This document shows, in pieces, positions 1-11,300 of a DNA stretch of 64,000 nucleotides. The notes under the pieces were generated by a model. The model was not told where the DNA came from. It did no database searches and was given only the letters and a program-made list of their open reading frames with translations. Every line of letters begins with the position of its first letter. Positions within the stretch are counted from its first letter, which is position 1. Source of the DNA: Styela clava (taxonomy: Eukaryota); contig NC_135262.1 in assembly GCF_964204865.1 (NCBI RefSeq), positions 7,192,001 to 7,256,000 of the forward strand. The letters are read 5' to 3'. The translations under genes and the position numbers were made by a program.

Positions 1-266
1 CATGATGACCATTATGATGATTTGCCTGAAATTGCAAATGCAGTCCATAGACATCTAAAAGTCCTTTTGTGGATCCCAACGGCCATGGACCCAATGCCCC
101 CAGGGTCGAATCGTTGTAAATATTTAAATCTTAGCTGAGTTATCACACACACTTTCGAATCAAATATATTATTTTAATATCGTATTCTATTAGAAATTGA
201 TGAATAAACATTAACATAAAACTGTGTGACATTGAATAATGATTACCATATATTACTTCATTACAG

Positions 267-2728
267 ATTGATGCCATGAAAAGCATTGCAAAATCAAGTC
301 ATGACCGATCCATCTCAGGATTAAAAGCTGTAAGTTTGATATATTGGCAATAGCTTATATATATATATTAATCAAAACATTTCAATGAGCTGATTCACCA
401 CAAAACATTGCTTCTAACAACCTTTGATTGTGAGTCCTCACTGATTTTAAGGACAGCTTTTTTTTCTCCATATTGGTACACACACTTCTGGAGCACCTTA
501 ACAAGTATTATTATAGTAATGAAGAACTAAACTCCATTATACAGTACAGCAAATACAAAGCTTAATTCCTCCCGGTTGGGAGACGTTGTGCTAGGTCGTT
601 GCGTCTACCCTACAATTCTGCCCTGTATTCAACATGTATGTTAATTTCGGTAAAAACATGATGCCAAATTGTAGTCAGTAAAATTTCTCATAATCTATGC
701 AACAGTGGCAAAGTTTAGCAAGAAAAATTAAATCAAATCTTTCGTTTTTTAGTCTCTTAATGATTATGAAAAAGAGTTAAAAGCCGATCCAATAATCTGT
801 GCTCATCTCGATAAATTATACGATCACTTGCTGGAACAAAATCTTCTCAGAATTATCGAACCTTTCTCTAGAGTGCAGGTATGTTGGAGTATATTATACT
901 GGTATATCAATCTATTATATGAAAATGTTCATTCAGATTTGGTCTCGTTATCATTTGTGACTAGTGACCTTCCAACGCTGCGTGAGATCAGCTCTCTTCC
1001 GTCATTATTGTCTTTGCGCTGGTGGGAAAATGTAGTAAAATATAAATAATTGGTATATTTTGGCAGTCGTTAAATATTTAGATTTTGACTTGTTTTTAGA
1101 GATGGGCCGAGATTCGGATTCGAGTCGAATCCACGCATTTTTCAGACTCGGATTCGATTTCACGTCCACGTCATTTTTACCGAGTCCTCAGTTCATTTCG
1201 TTTTTATCAATTGACGCCTTCGTTGTTTTTCGTCGTTTCCATTGTGACGTCACAGATTCGGAGAATTTGATTCGAGTCCATGACCTATTACTCGAATTCG
1301 TTGAATCCGTGTAATACTAGACCCGTCCCAATCCTACTTGTTTTATAGGTGACCCTGCTTGATAACCATGACTGGTTAATCGCGTCTCCCTTCACGCAAA
1401 AACACATTATTTTTTATCCTATCTTACTGTTTGTATACTTCCGTATTTTCGGTATGTGAATACTGACTGACTGACTGTTTTCAGGTTGCACACATAGCAA
1501 GCATCATAAACATCACACTGGTAAGTTTCTCACACGAATGAATATTTTTACAAATGATGGTACATCTTTATTTAATCATAATGCAGACTGATACATTCTG
1601 CAGTCAAGCTATGATAAAAATAGCATTTATTGTAAAATTTTAATTCATAAGTCATATTATTCTATTTTTTTTACACAAATTATTATTTTCACAGAGCATA
1701 GTGGAAAAGAAATTATCACAAATGATTCTGGATAAAAAGTTTCATGGTAAACAATTTAGGTTTTTCTGAGTTTAGCACAAATGTAACCTTCCATCACACT
1801 TAAGTTTTAAAACAGGCGTATTACCAGTAACTTGGTCTGAAAATGTCTCACCTCTGTCAGACACAATACTACAAAAATAGATTTGTTCTAGCGTATAGCA
1901 AAATGAATTACATAGAATAGTCTTCTGTAGTGCTACAGCACTTTAGCATTATGTGTGTGCTGATGAAACTTGTTATTATAAATACTGCCAAGGACCAGTC
2001 CAGTTCAGTTACCAGTCTAGATCAAATGAATGAATACATCAAACAGTTTATTGTTGCATGCTGTATACTACCAGAAGTTGTATGAAATATTGTGTAAATT
2101 CAATAATACCTTTTGCCTAACCATGCACTGCAATTTTGTGCAGAATATCACGACCTCAAACTGAGCCAGTGTATTGAAATACACTTCCTATACTTATTGC
2201 CTCGTTATTGAGCGCTATTCAAAATGTGGGGCCCGATTTGAGTAGAGGTCGGGATGGTAACGAAAAATTAGGAAAAATATTTTTTATGAAAAAAACAAAT
2301 TCTTCATTACAATTCATCACTTTTCATAATTAGAATTAAAGTAACTTCCACAAAACTTGCCTGTAGTTAAGTAATGCAATTACTGTCTTGTGTCATTGAA
2401 ACTATGTTTTCTTCGTAGGCAATGTTCCAGTGCATGACCATATAGGTTGCAGTGGCTTAAGGCCAGTCCTACTTATCGCAGAACCGATTGTTAAATCTAA
2501 CTATGTATACATTTTGAAAACATTTAATTTTCTGGTATCCATGTTTTTATTTTACAATTTTCATACAAAATCCCATTTTTAATAGGTATCCTGTCACAAG
2601 GCGAAGGTGTCCTGATTCTTTTTGACGAACCAGTTGTCGACAAAACTTACGAAACCTCTCTGGAAGTGATAAGCGGAATGTCACTCGTCGTAGATAGTCT
2701 CTATCAAAAAGCAAAAAAACTTACATAA
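267..2728 (+). CDS. PSMD11: 26S proteasome non-ATPase regulatory subunit 11 (Rpn6), 3' part; exons 267-329, 753-878, 1485-1520, 1695-1746, 2586-2728 (5' exons lie outside the window)
   Basis: All five exons have AG acceptors and the first four have GT donors. They join in frame: [21 protein letters not shown]|[42 protein letters not shown]|[12 protein letters not shown]|[18 protein letters not shown]|[46 protein letters not shown]. This matches the PCI domain and C-terminus of PSMD11. Confidence 0.97.
1097..1336. mobile_element. hAT-type MITE with GA(C/T)TC internal repeats, in a PSMD11 intron
   Basis: Imperfect TIRs TAGAGATGGG...CCCAATCCTA; perfect 8-bp TSD CTTGTTTT (1089-1096 and 1337-1344). 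Confidence 0.8.
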
Positions 2729-3307
2729 AGAAGAAATGCATAAATATTACAGAACTTTAGAAGTCCTCTGCAACTATTCCTTCCTTTTATTTTGAACTTT
2801 GAATATTAAGTCAAAAATTCAGTACATTTAAGGATTACCTGAATTGTAACATCAGCAATCTGCCAATTTTGTAGAAATGAAGAAACATTCTTGCAACCAA
2901 TTATTTTCTATTTTTACAATTTTGGTGCCGTTTCATTTCGCTAGTTGAAATTGCTGCTTTCACATTAATATAGTGGGCAAGTAACAAATCTCATAACCAA
3001 GTCTTAGGAATAACGTATAAGTTCTCTTAAAAAAGTTCATAAATTAAGCAATGGAACATTGTTTATACCATCGCTATACTTTATTATGGTGTCACCTAAG
3101 TATCGCGATTTTGTAAATAACCTTCAAACAAACAAAAAAGTTCTTTTTGTTAAAAAAATTCCTTTGTGCTACCGTATTTCTGATTTTAAACGTAGTTTAA
3201 GATGTTCTCAATGCTATCAAGTTCGATCCAAATGTACAGACTGGTTGTCCTGAAATTTGTTTCATACACGAAGGTCACTAGACAAGCGTATTGTATGATG
3301 CCATGTT

Positions 3308-3313
3308 AATAAA
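3308..3313 (+). terminator. Probable polyadenylation signal of PSMD11
   Basis: AATAAA about 580 nt after the stop codon, followed by GT-rich sequence (tgtgatgtatgttgg). Confidence 0.5.
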
Positions 3314-3387
3314 GGATTTTTCAAATATAATTGTGATGTATGTTGGCTGATTGGAGTAAAAGTGGCTAAATAAATAGGTCTTCTTTC

Positions 3388-3494
3388 GGTGCTCCTGAAG
3401 TATGCGCACCAAGATGTCGCATAACCTGAACCCTAACCTGGTACACAACCTGAGTTCAGGTTGTGCGCCATCTTGGTGATATACAAGCTTGGAC
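3388..3494. mobile_element. Short foldback derivative of MITE family A
   Basis: Starts GGTGCTCCTGAAGTATGCGCACCAAGATG; internal inverted repeat; contains AACCCTAACCTGGTACAC as in the other family A copies. Confidence 0.55.
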
Positions 3495-3765
3495 CATCCA
3501 GCTTGTGTTTGTCTGATTAATAGAAGTACGATACTACTTTTCCTGCCTGTTTTTAGAGCACTAATTTTGGTTAGGAAAGGTTGTTTTGAATGCCAATTCT
3601 CAAAAGCATTTTAGGTTTGCAAGTATTTTTCCTCACCATGCCCTAATATCCTGGAGAACTGTCCTATTCAGTTCAATGTAAACATGACCACCATGCCTGT
3701 ATTTATCGGAGCTCTAGAGCGCAAAAGTCTGAATTTCTGATCTTTAATATACATTCAAAAATTTC

Positions 3766-3973
3766 GGTATTCTCGTAGTATGTGAACCAAGATGGCGGAC
3801 ACCGGAACGTAGTATATGTACCAGGTTAGGCCATAATTTCATTCAAATTTTCCTAATTTGAGTTCTGTTACAAGTTCGGGAACCAGCCAAGTGACTCCCG
3901 TAGTAAATGTACCTGAAGTTATGACCTAACCTGGTACACATACTAAGTTCCGGTGCCCGCCAAGCAGGCTACC
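3766..3973. mobile_element. MITE family A relative (GG...CC ends, Merlin-like)
   Basis: Long internal inverted repeat (gcggacaccggaac...gttccggtgcccgc); flanked by AAATTTC on both sides (3759-3765, 3974-3980); core shared with 8968-9182. Confidence 0.65.
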
Positions 3974-5350
3974 AAATTTCCTACAAAAACTATGAATAAC
4001 TGTGTCGTCCAAGCATTCCTACAATCGTCTGTTAAAAAAGATTTGCATAAGGAGTTGGGGTCAGATTCTCCAGGCGAGAAGCCGCTGTCTGTATGAACAA
4101 TTTTTAAACCCGGGTCTGAAGTCTATTAGATACCCAAGACTACACAGCCCCGACCTTGTCTTGAAATAGGTGAAGTTCTATCAATTTATCTCCTTGACGC
4201 TAGTTTTATGAATTGTGCGCTGCATGGCGAAGAAGATCATTTATGGTCTTCACTTCGGAAATGTTATGTCCCCTATGCATACCACGCTGACAAGCCTAAC
4301 GATCAAGTTCCTGCTAGTGTACAAATACGATTTTACAACAAAAAATTCAATCCTTCACTATATTAAGGAAATGGAACAACAAGAACTAAGTTCGTGAAAT
4401 AGTACATACTAGAAAATCAAACAGTAAAACAAAATATTACATTAATAATCACAGAAAATTATTAATTAATGCTAATACAATGTATCTAGGATAAGAAAAA
4501 AATATTACATTTGCTCAAGTCTGAAGAATTGAAATGGACACTTATCGCTTACAAATAATATGATAGATAATGGTGGAAACGAGATTATTTGATGTATTTA
4601 TTTAATATAGATAATGATTGGAAAGCTGTTTGGTATTTGCAATATTTTGAATGTTAAAGAAGATAGATACGGTGTTTTGAAAGCCTGTCAAAGCCAGGAT
4701 TTTTTAATGCTGTTCACTCCAAATAAGACTTTGTACAAGTAAACACTGTTTAGTAAGAAATCTTGGTTGCGAGGGCCATTATTCCCAAAATCGCTGTATT
4801 AATTTCATTATTATCCATCCAGGGTACGCATGAATATTGTGATTATGCTAAACTGACTGAGAATAGTCATAGACTCATAACAGTACTGAATCTTTTTTTG
4901 CTTTTTTTATACTTTTACTTTTCGAGCCATAAATTATCTAAATATTACAGAGAGTGACGTTAAAACAACAGCAAAAAAAAGAGGATGTTGACAAGAAACG
5001 AGTCACCATTTGCCAAATAATTAAAATGCCTTGTGTTAGCTGAAGGAAATAACTCCTACACAACTTATTGCCAGTGAGACTTGATGACTTGTGACCCAAC
5101 CTGGATTTAGGGACTTTTACCACTGCTTTTTCACAGCCATAATAATAAAATATGCAAGATGGGTTATTAGAATTGGGACAAAGCTATACAATCCAGCATA
5201 CTCAGATTCTTCAACTCTCAGTCTGTCAGAGAATTAGCATTTGTTTAGTTCCAGTTCGAAATTTTATTTAAAAATCTTCAACCATCGTCTACTTTGAAAA
5301 GATTACTGTAATTTCTATAAATAGCCGATTCTGGCTTTCAATACAATATG

Positions 5351-8300
5351 TTATAAACCATAAATTTTCAGTAAATCATCCAATTCTTTTTGATTGTAAT
5401 TTGAAGAATCATGACGCTTTGACAACGCCTCAAAAGTGGAACGAAGTGTGCTTTTATCAGAGTCTGATAGAAACATAGCTGCCATAGAAAACCTTTGTGC
5501 TTTTGTTAAATTTTTCATCATTTCGAAGGCACGTTGGGGATCATTTTCTTGTTCGAGGTGGTTGAGGGCTACTTTGGCTACGGTAGAAATCACATGGTCA
5601 TCAATTTTGTTACTTAAAACTCCTGGAAGATCTTTTGGCGTAACTTTATCTAGGATGGCTTTATAAGCGTTGAGATCAGATTTAGAGGTAACGATATTCC
5701 ATTGCGCCCCAAAATCAAAAGGTGATAGAGTAGTGGTTTTGGATGGTGACGATCTTGTTTGTGGAACCGGCACTTTTTCGTCACTTCGCTTTTGCTCGAT
5801 TTGTTCTGTGTCATCTTTCTTATCATAAGGTTTAGCAGTCCTATCAGTCTCTTCCTTATCAGTGACTTTCTCATTAGGAAGTTTTGTCTTACTGGTGACC
5901 TCCTTGTCTGGAATGTTTGTGTTATCAGCACCCTCGTTATCAGTAACTTTCTTATTGGGTTTATTTTGATTTGATACTATAGTTTTATCGCTCTCTTGTG
6001 ATATTGGTTGATCATCGTCATTAGATTTGTTTCTTCCATCGTTATCAGTAGGGAGAATAAATTCACCTTCGTCACTGCTACTACTACTGTCTACTTCTTC
6101 AATGACTAGAGGCTTCTTTTTGGGTACAGCGACACGGTTGGGTTTATCTTGAGTGGGGGCGACCCCAGCTTTTTTCCTAGCTTCATCCCACGCTGATTTT
6201 TTGATTGCATCCAATTCAGAGGTTGCTGCTTTATTGGCTGGATCAATTTCAAGTAATTTTTTTAAATCTCGCTCAGCGTCTTTGAAAAATCCTTCGGCTT
6301 TTCGTGCGAGAGATCGCCTATAATACGCTTTCACATTAACAGGGTCAAGTTTTATCGCTTCTGTACAATCATTGACAGCAGAGATGTGTTTCTTCAGTTT
6401 CAAAAAACACAACGCTCTGTTTGTATAGCTTGCCGGTTCCTTGGGACACATTTTAATGCATCTAGTATAGCAATCGATAGCGGAAGAATAGTCACCTTTT
6501 TTTACATGTTCATTCCCTTCTGCTTTCAGTTTTTCAAACAATTCCCGACGAATTTTCATTCGCTTTTCTTCTTTTTCAATTTCTTCCTGTTTCTGTTTCT
6601 CTAATTCTTCTTTTTTCTTTGGTGATTTCGACTTCGATTTATTCCGCTTTCGTTTTTGATTCGTACTTTTTGTATTCACTACTTTTGGTTCACTCGATTT
6701 CGGAACTGCAGACACCTTCTCAATAGGTTTTTCTTCAAAACGTGGTTGAACGGTAGACGAATTCTCATCTTCGACACTTTCGTCAGGAATAACATTACTG
6801 TTCTCAGGCACTTGCACTTTTAAATTACTATCAACGATAGTTGTTGGTTCCGATTCATTGGGAACATCAGATTTGGTGGTCTTAGTAGGCTCACCGTCTT
6901 TAACTATGATATTTTGTCCTAAGAATGCACCAGAATCATGATGTGGATAGCTTGACACTTTTGGGACTTTTTCTCTCCACTTCGGTCCATACAATTCTCT
7001 CAAATGACCAGCAATTCTATTTGCTCCATCCTGAGCCAGAGTATTGGTTAAATCCATACTGTGTGCAGATTTGAAATCGATCCAGGCTTTTCCGTATTTT
7101 TCCATATGCTCATAAGCAGAAGCTCTTCTCATAAGTGCTTTCGCATCCCATTTTTTGATTTCCAAAACTTTTTCGCAGTCAGTAACACAAGCCCTATCGT
7201 TACCTTGTTTGAGCCAACATGCCGCTCTGTTATTATAAAGTATGGCCAAGCCTAAATCGAACCCTGGATCAGAATTGTCTTTCATAATTAACAATAAGCC
7301 ATCAATAGCTTCGGAATACTGTTCACATGCATCAGAGTAGCGACCAGATTTGAAAAAGTCTCCTGCTTTTGCTTTTAATTCTTCAATTTTTGGAGGATAC
7401 GTTGGTACAACTGGAGTGGTATTTGTAACAATCTCTTCAACTTTAGCAGAAGGAGAATTCTCAACTTGACTTTGTGGTGATTCTACAATCTCCACTGATT
7501 TGGTGGAATCTTCATCAATTTTGGTAGAAGAAGAAGATTCTCTTGCCTCATCTTCTTCTGACTCTCCTTCCACTTCAGTGATGGTCATTTTCTTTCCTGA
7601 TTTGAGGGAGACATCTTCATCAGTCCCAAGATTCACTTCTTCTTGTTTTTGTGCTTTCTCTTTTTCCAATTTTTCAACATCTTTCAATATGCTTTTAGCT
7701 CTTGCATTATTTGGTTCCTGATAAAAACAGTAATACCATGTAAAAAGATCGTTCCATTTTGAAATAATTACAATCAGTTCAACTTTAGGATAGGAGAGGA
7801 TTTACATATTTATCCCGAAGAAGAGATAATCATTTGGCGAACCACGGCCTCTCGTTTGGTTACCAGGTCATGATAGGTATGGGATTAGTTAGCTAGTTAT
7901 TTGTTTTAGATGCATGAAGACGTAATTGACAAGCGGTTACGTGAACCCTATGGCGGCCAGGAGTTAAGCAATCCTCTAGCACATAATTATCCCTACAGGG
8001 TTCAAACCTGGGTGGTGCGATGATGAGCATATTCCTAACTCTTAGCACGATGAGCCACACTGCCGAGGCCTTTCCTAAAGTCAAGTATGCCAACTAATAA
8101 AAACAATTTACCTTGTCTAACACAAACAATAAATCCGCTTTTGCTTCATTGAAAGATTCCAAAGCCTTGCAAGCACTTGCTCTCCTAAGCATTGCTTTTA
8201 AATTTTCTCCTTCACCTTCAATTGACAACACAGTGTTGCAATCTTCCTTTGCTTCCTGAGAATCAAAAATATACGAGAGTGAGATTATAAAAAGTTGGAT

Positions 8301-11300
8301 TAAATTTACTGAAAAAAAATTGAAACTTCAATTTCCTGATGCTGACTTTTTTTGCTCCTACCACCAAATCACAAAATTTCAACTGAGAAGAACTTTAAAA
8401 TCACTATTTTATCGGTAAAATTTGCTATGTAAAAACATGATACACCATATCAAGTTTTCATATTTAAACTCTAAAACGCATGAAGTACACATTAACAATA
8501 ATAAAATGGAGTTTTATTTAAAAGAAGCATTTTTTTCTCGTGTAAGTGTGACACGAGTTTTATTTCCTGATAATTTGGCACCACATCAGCAAAAAGTTTG
8601 GGAACCTCTGGCATACACGATTTCTATTCATATATTTCCGCTCCCAGACTCTTCAACATACCTTCCATTGTTCTAGTCTCAGATATACAAGAGCCCTGTT
8701 ATTGAATGAAGCAGCAATGGGTTGTAGACATATGCTTCTACAATAGTATGATAGTGCTTCCTCGTAGTCACCTGAAAGAAATATTTCTATTAAATACATA
8801 CTGAAAATACTTATAATAAGTTGAAAAATGTTATCCATTTCGAGTTCAAAGGTTTTATAACTACTACTTTTAAATTGGAACTATGGATTTGTTTCATTGA
8901 TGACCAAAAATCGTGTACTCTACGACCAATATCTTCCTAATCGGATTAAGAGTATAGTAGTATATGTGGCGCTCCAGGAGTATGTGTACCAATATGGAGG
9001 TGACTGATTTTGATCGCCTACTTTACATCAAGTTGTGTAAAGGGACTTAAACCTATGGACAGGGTTATAATCACTTGGCTAACATAGACAGTCCCCGAAC
9101 TCGTAATAGAACTAAAATGAAAGAAAAATCGGTACAAAAATATGGCCTAACCCTAATCTGATACACATACTACGGGAGTACCGATTCAACATACAATGTA
9201 CAGTGTTGGGGAGGTTGAGTCCCCATTAATCAAAGACTCGAAGTGACAAGAGTCAGCCAAATGAAATAAGGCGGATTCATTGAGACTTAACTCAGTAATT
9301 GACTTGATTTCACACTCGACTCGAGAATTCAGATGACCTGCGACTCAACTTGATTCTTGACTCGGGCTTTTTAGGTACCTACTCAATGATTGACTCGGTT
9401 ATAGACTCCACTCGAGAACTCGGATGACCCGTGATTCGACTGGATTCGCAACTTAGGGTTTAGAGAAAATATACCCAATATTGACAATATATCTTGCCTT
9501 AATGTCTTTTATAGATCTTTGTTCATGTATGATTATTAGTGACTTACCTGACTTGAATGCCTCATTCCCTTTGTCCTTTTCTCTTGTTGCCTTGATTTTT
9601 TTTTCAAGAGGAGTCAGGCCACTTACATCAATATCCTTCGGTATTTCAATGTTCTGTTTTGAAAAATTCACTTATTCAAATTATTTAAATGCTTGCATAT
9701 AGCAGAAATATATTAAAATTTATTTGTTATTATTGTTTGGGCTATCCATTTTCAAGTCTTCAGAATTCTTTGATAGAATTATTTTTTGTTGTAATTTTAT
9801 GACAATATTCCACTTTTAATTTCTGAGCAAATCAAATTAAATCAAAAATATTTATACCGCCTGATTCCCCAATAAAATCTTCAATTTTCTAACTTCTAAA
9901 AATTTCATTTTAGGTCATGAAATTCCATACCAAATCTCAGTCCTAAGATGAAATTTTTTTTTAATAAAGATCACACATTATATTTTTATCTCATAAATGA
10001 GAATTTCGGTCACAGATTCACAACGTTTGGGTTTACACTGGCTTATAATAATGTCACAGTTTGTAAACTTCCATGAAACCATCCACTATATGGTACTTTA
10101 CTTTTGTTAGATAATATTACCGCCCAGCTTTTCAACCTAATTTTTTATCATTATAATGTTGGTTCCCTGAAAAAAAAAACCACATGCGACCGTCGAGCCA
10201 ATGGCTTGCCATCCCTATTGTCTGGTGAACGTACATTTGAACCCATGTGTATATCCGCGGGTTCAATCTATATGCGGGTACTAAAAAAACCCATGGGTCA
10301 GGGTTAGTATGGGTTCAAATATCCATAAAAACAAAAATAATTTCCATAGGTGCAATAGTATGCAGGTGCAATTGTCATGGGTTCAAATGTAATGGAACCC
10401 TATGGTCCCATTCCTATACAAGGTTTGAAATTCTGAAAATCAATTGAAAGACAAACTTACTCTTTCAGGCACATTCTTCTCATTATCGTTTACTTGCTCA
10501 TCAACTTTCTCACATTCTTTATCGACATCATATTTATCCCAAGCTTTATAATCGTAACTTTTAATTCGATCCGGATTTTCTTTCTTACCATCTCCAGCTT
10601 CTACTTTTTTCTTTTGATTTCCTAAGAAACGAAGTAAGACATCAATGAAATGAATCGTCCCATGTGAGTAAGTAGTCTGCAATCCTCCCAAGAACGGTCT
10701 GCATATCTTGATAAGCTTGCCATTGTAACTCCGATTAATATTTTTAAATATGGAATACATTCGAAATTGGGTCATGTTGAACGAAGAAATTTGCAGCAAT
10801 TATTGTAAAATGATAGAAATTTAATTTCGTATTCTGTATTCTGTGTGACAATCGTGAAAATGAAAAGTTCTAGTTTTCTATTGATACTGGTAGTATTCTA
10901 AATTCTTCATAAAACCTAGTACTCACCGGTACCATAGTTATAAGCATTATATAAGCATTATTCTATATTGTAAAATTCATTATTTAGTTTCATAGAAAAT
11001 GTATATAATATCTGTACTATAATGCACTATTAAGTGTAAAGCTAGTATAATAAACTATTACTGGTAGATTATTTGGTAATGCACAAAACTATTTTTCCTA
11101 AAAATTTAGAAGATTCAAAAAGAATTAATTTTATACTATATATATTACAAAAGCTGAAAGGTTTTACATTCGAAAAAACTTGAAAATCTGAAAAAATAAA
11201 ACTTTCTCTCAACATTAATTACCTTTTAAAACATGAGTTCCTCTCACAGGTGGTAATTTATCATGATCACCAAAACCATTCAATTGTGGTTTGTCTCGAC

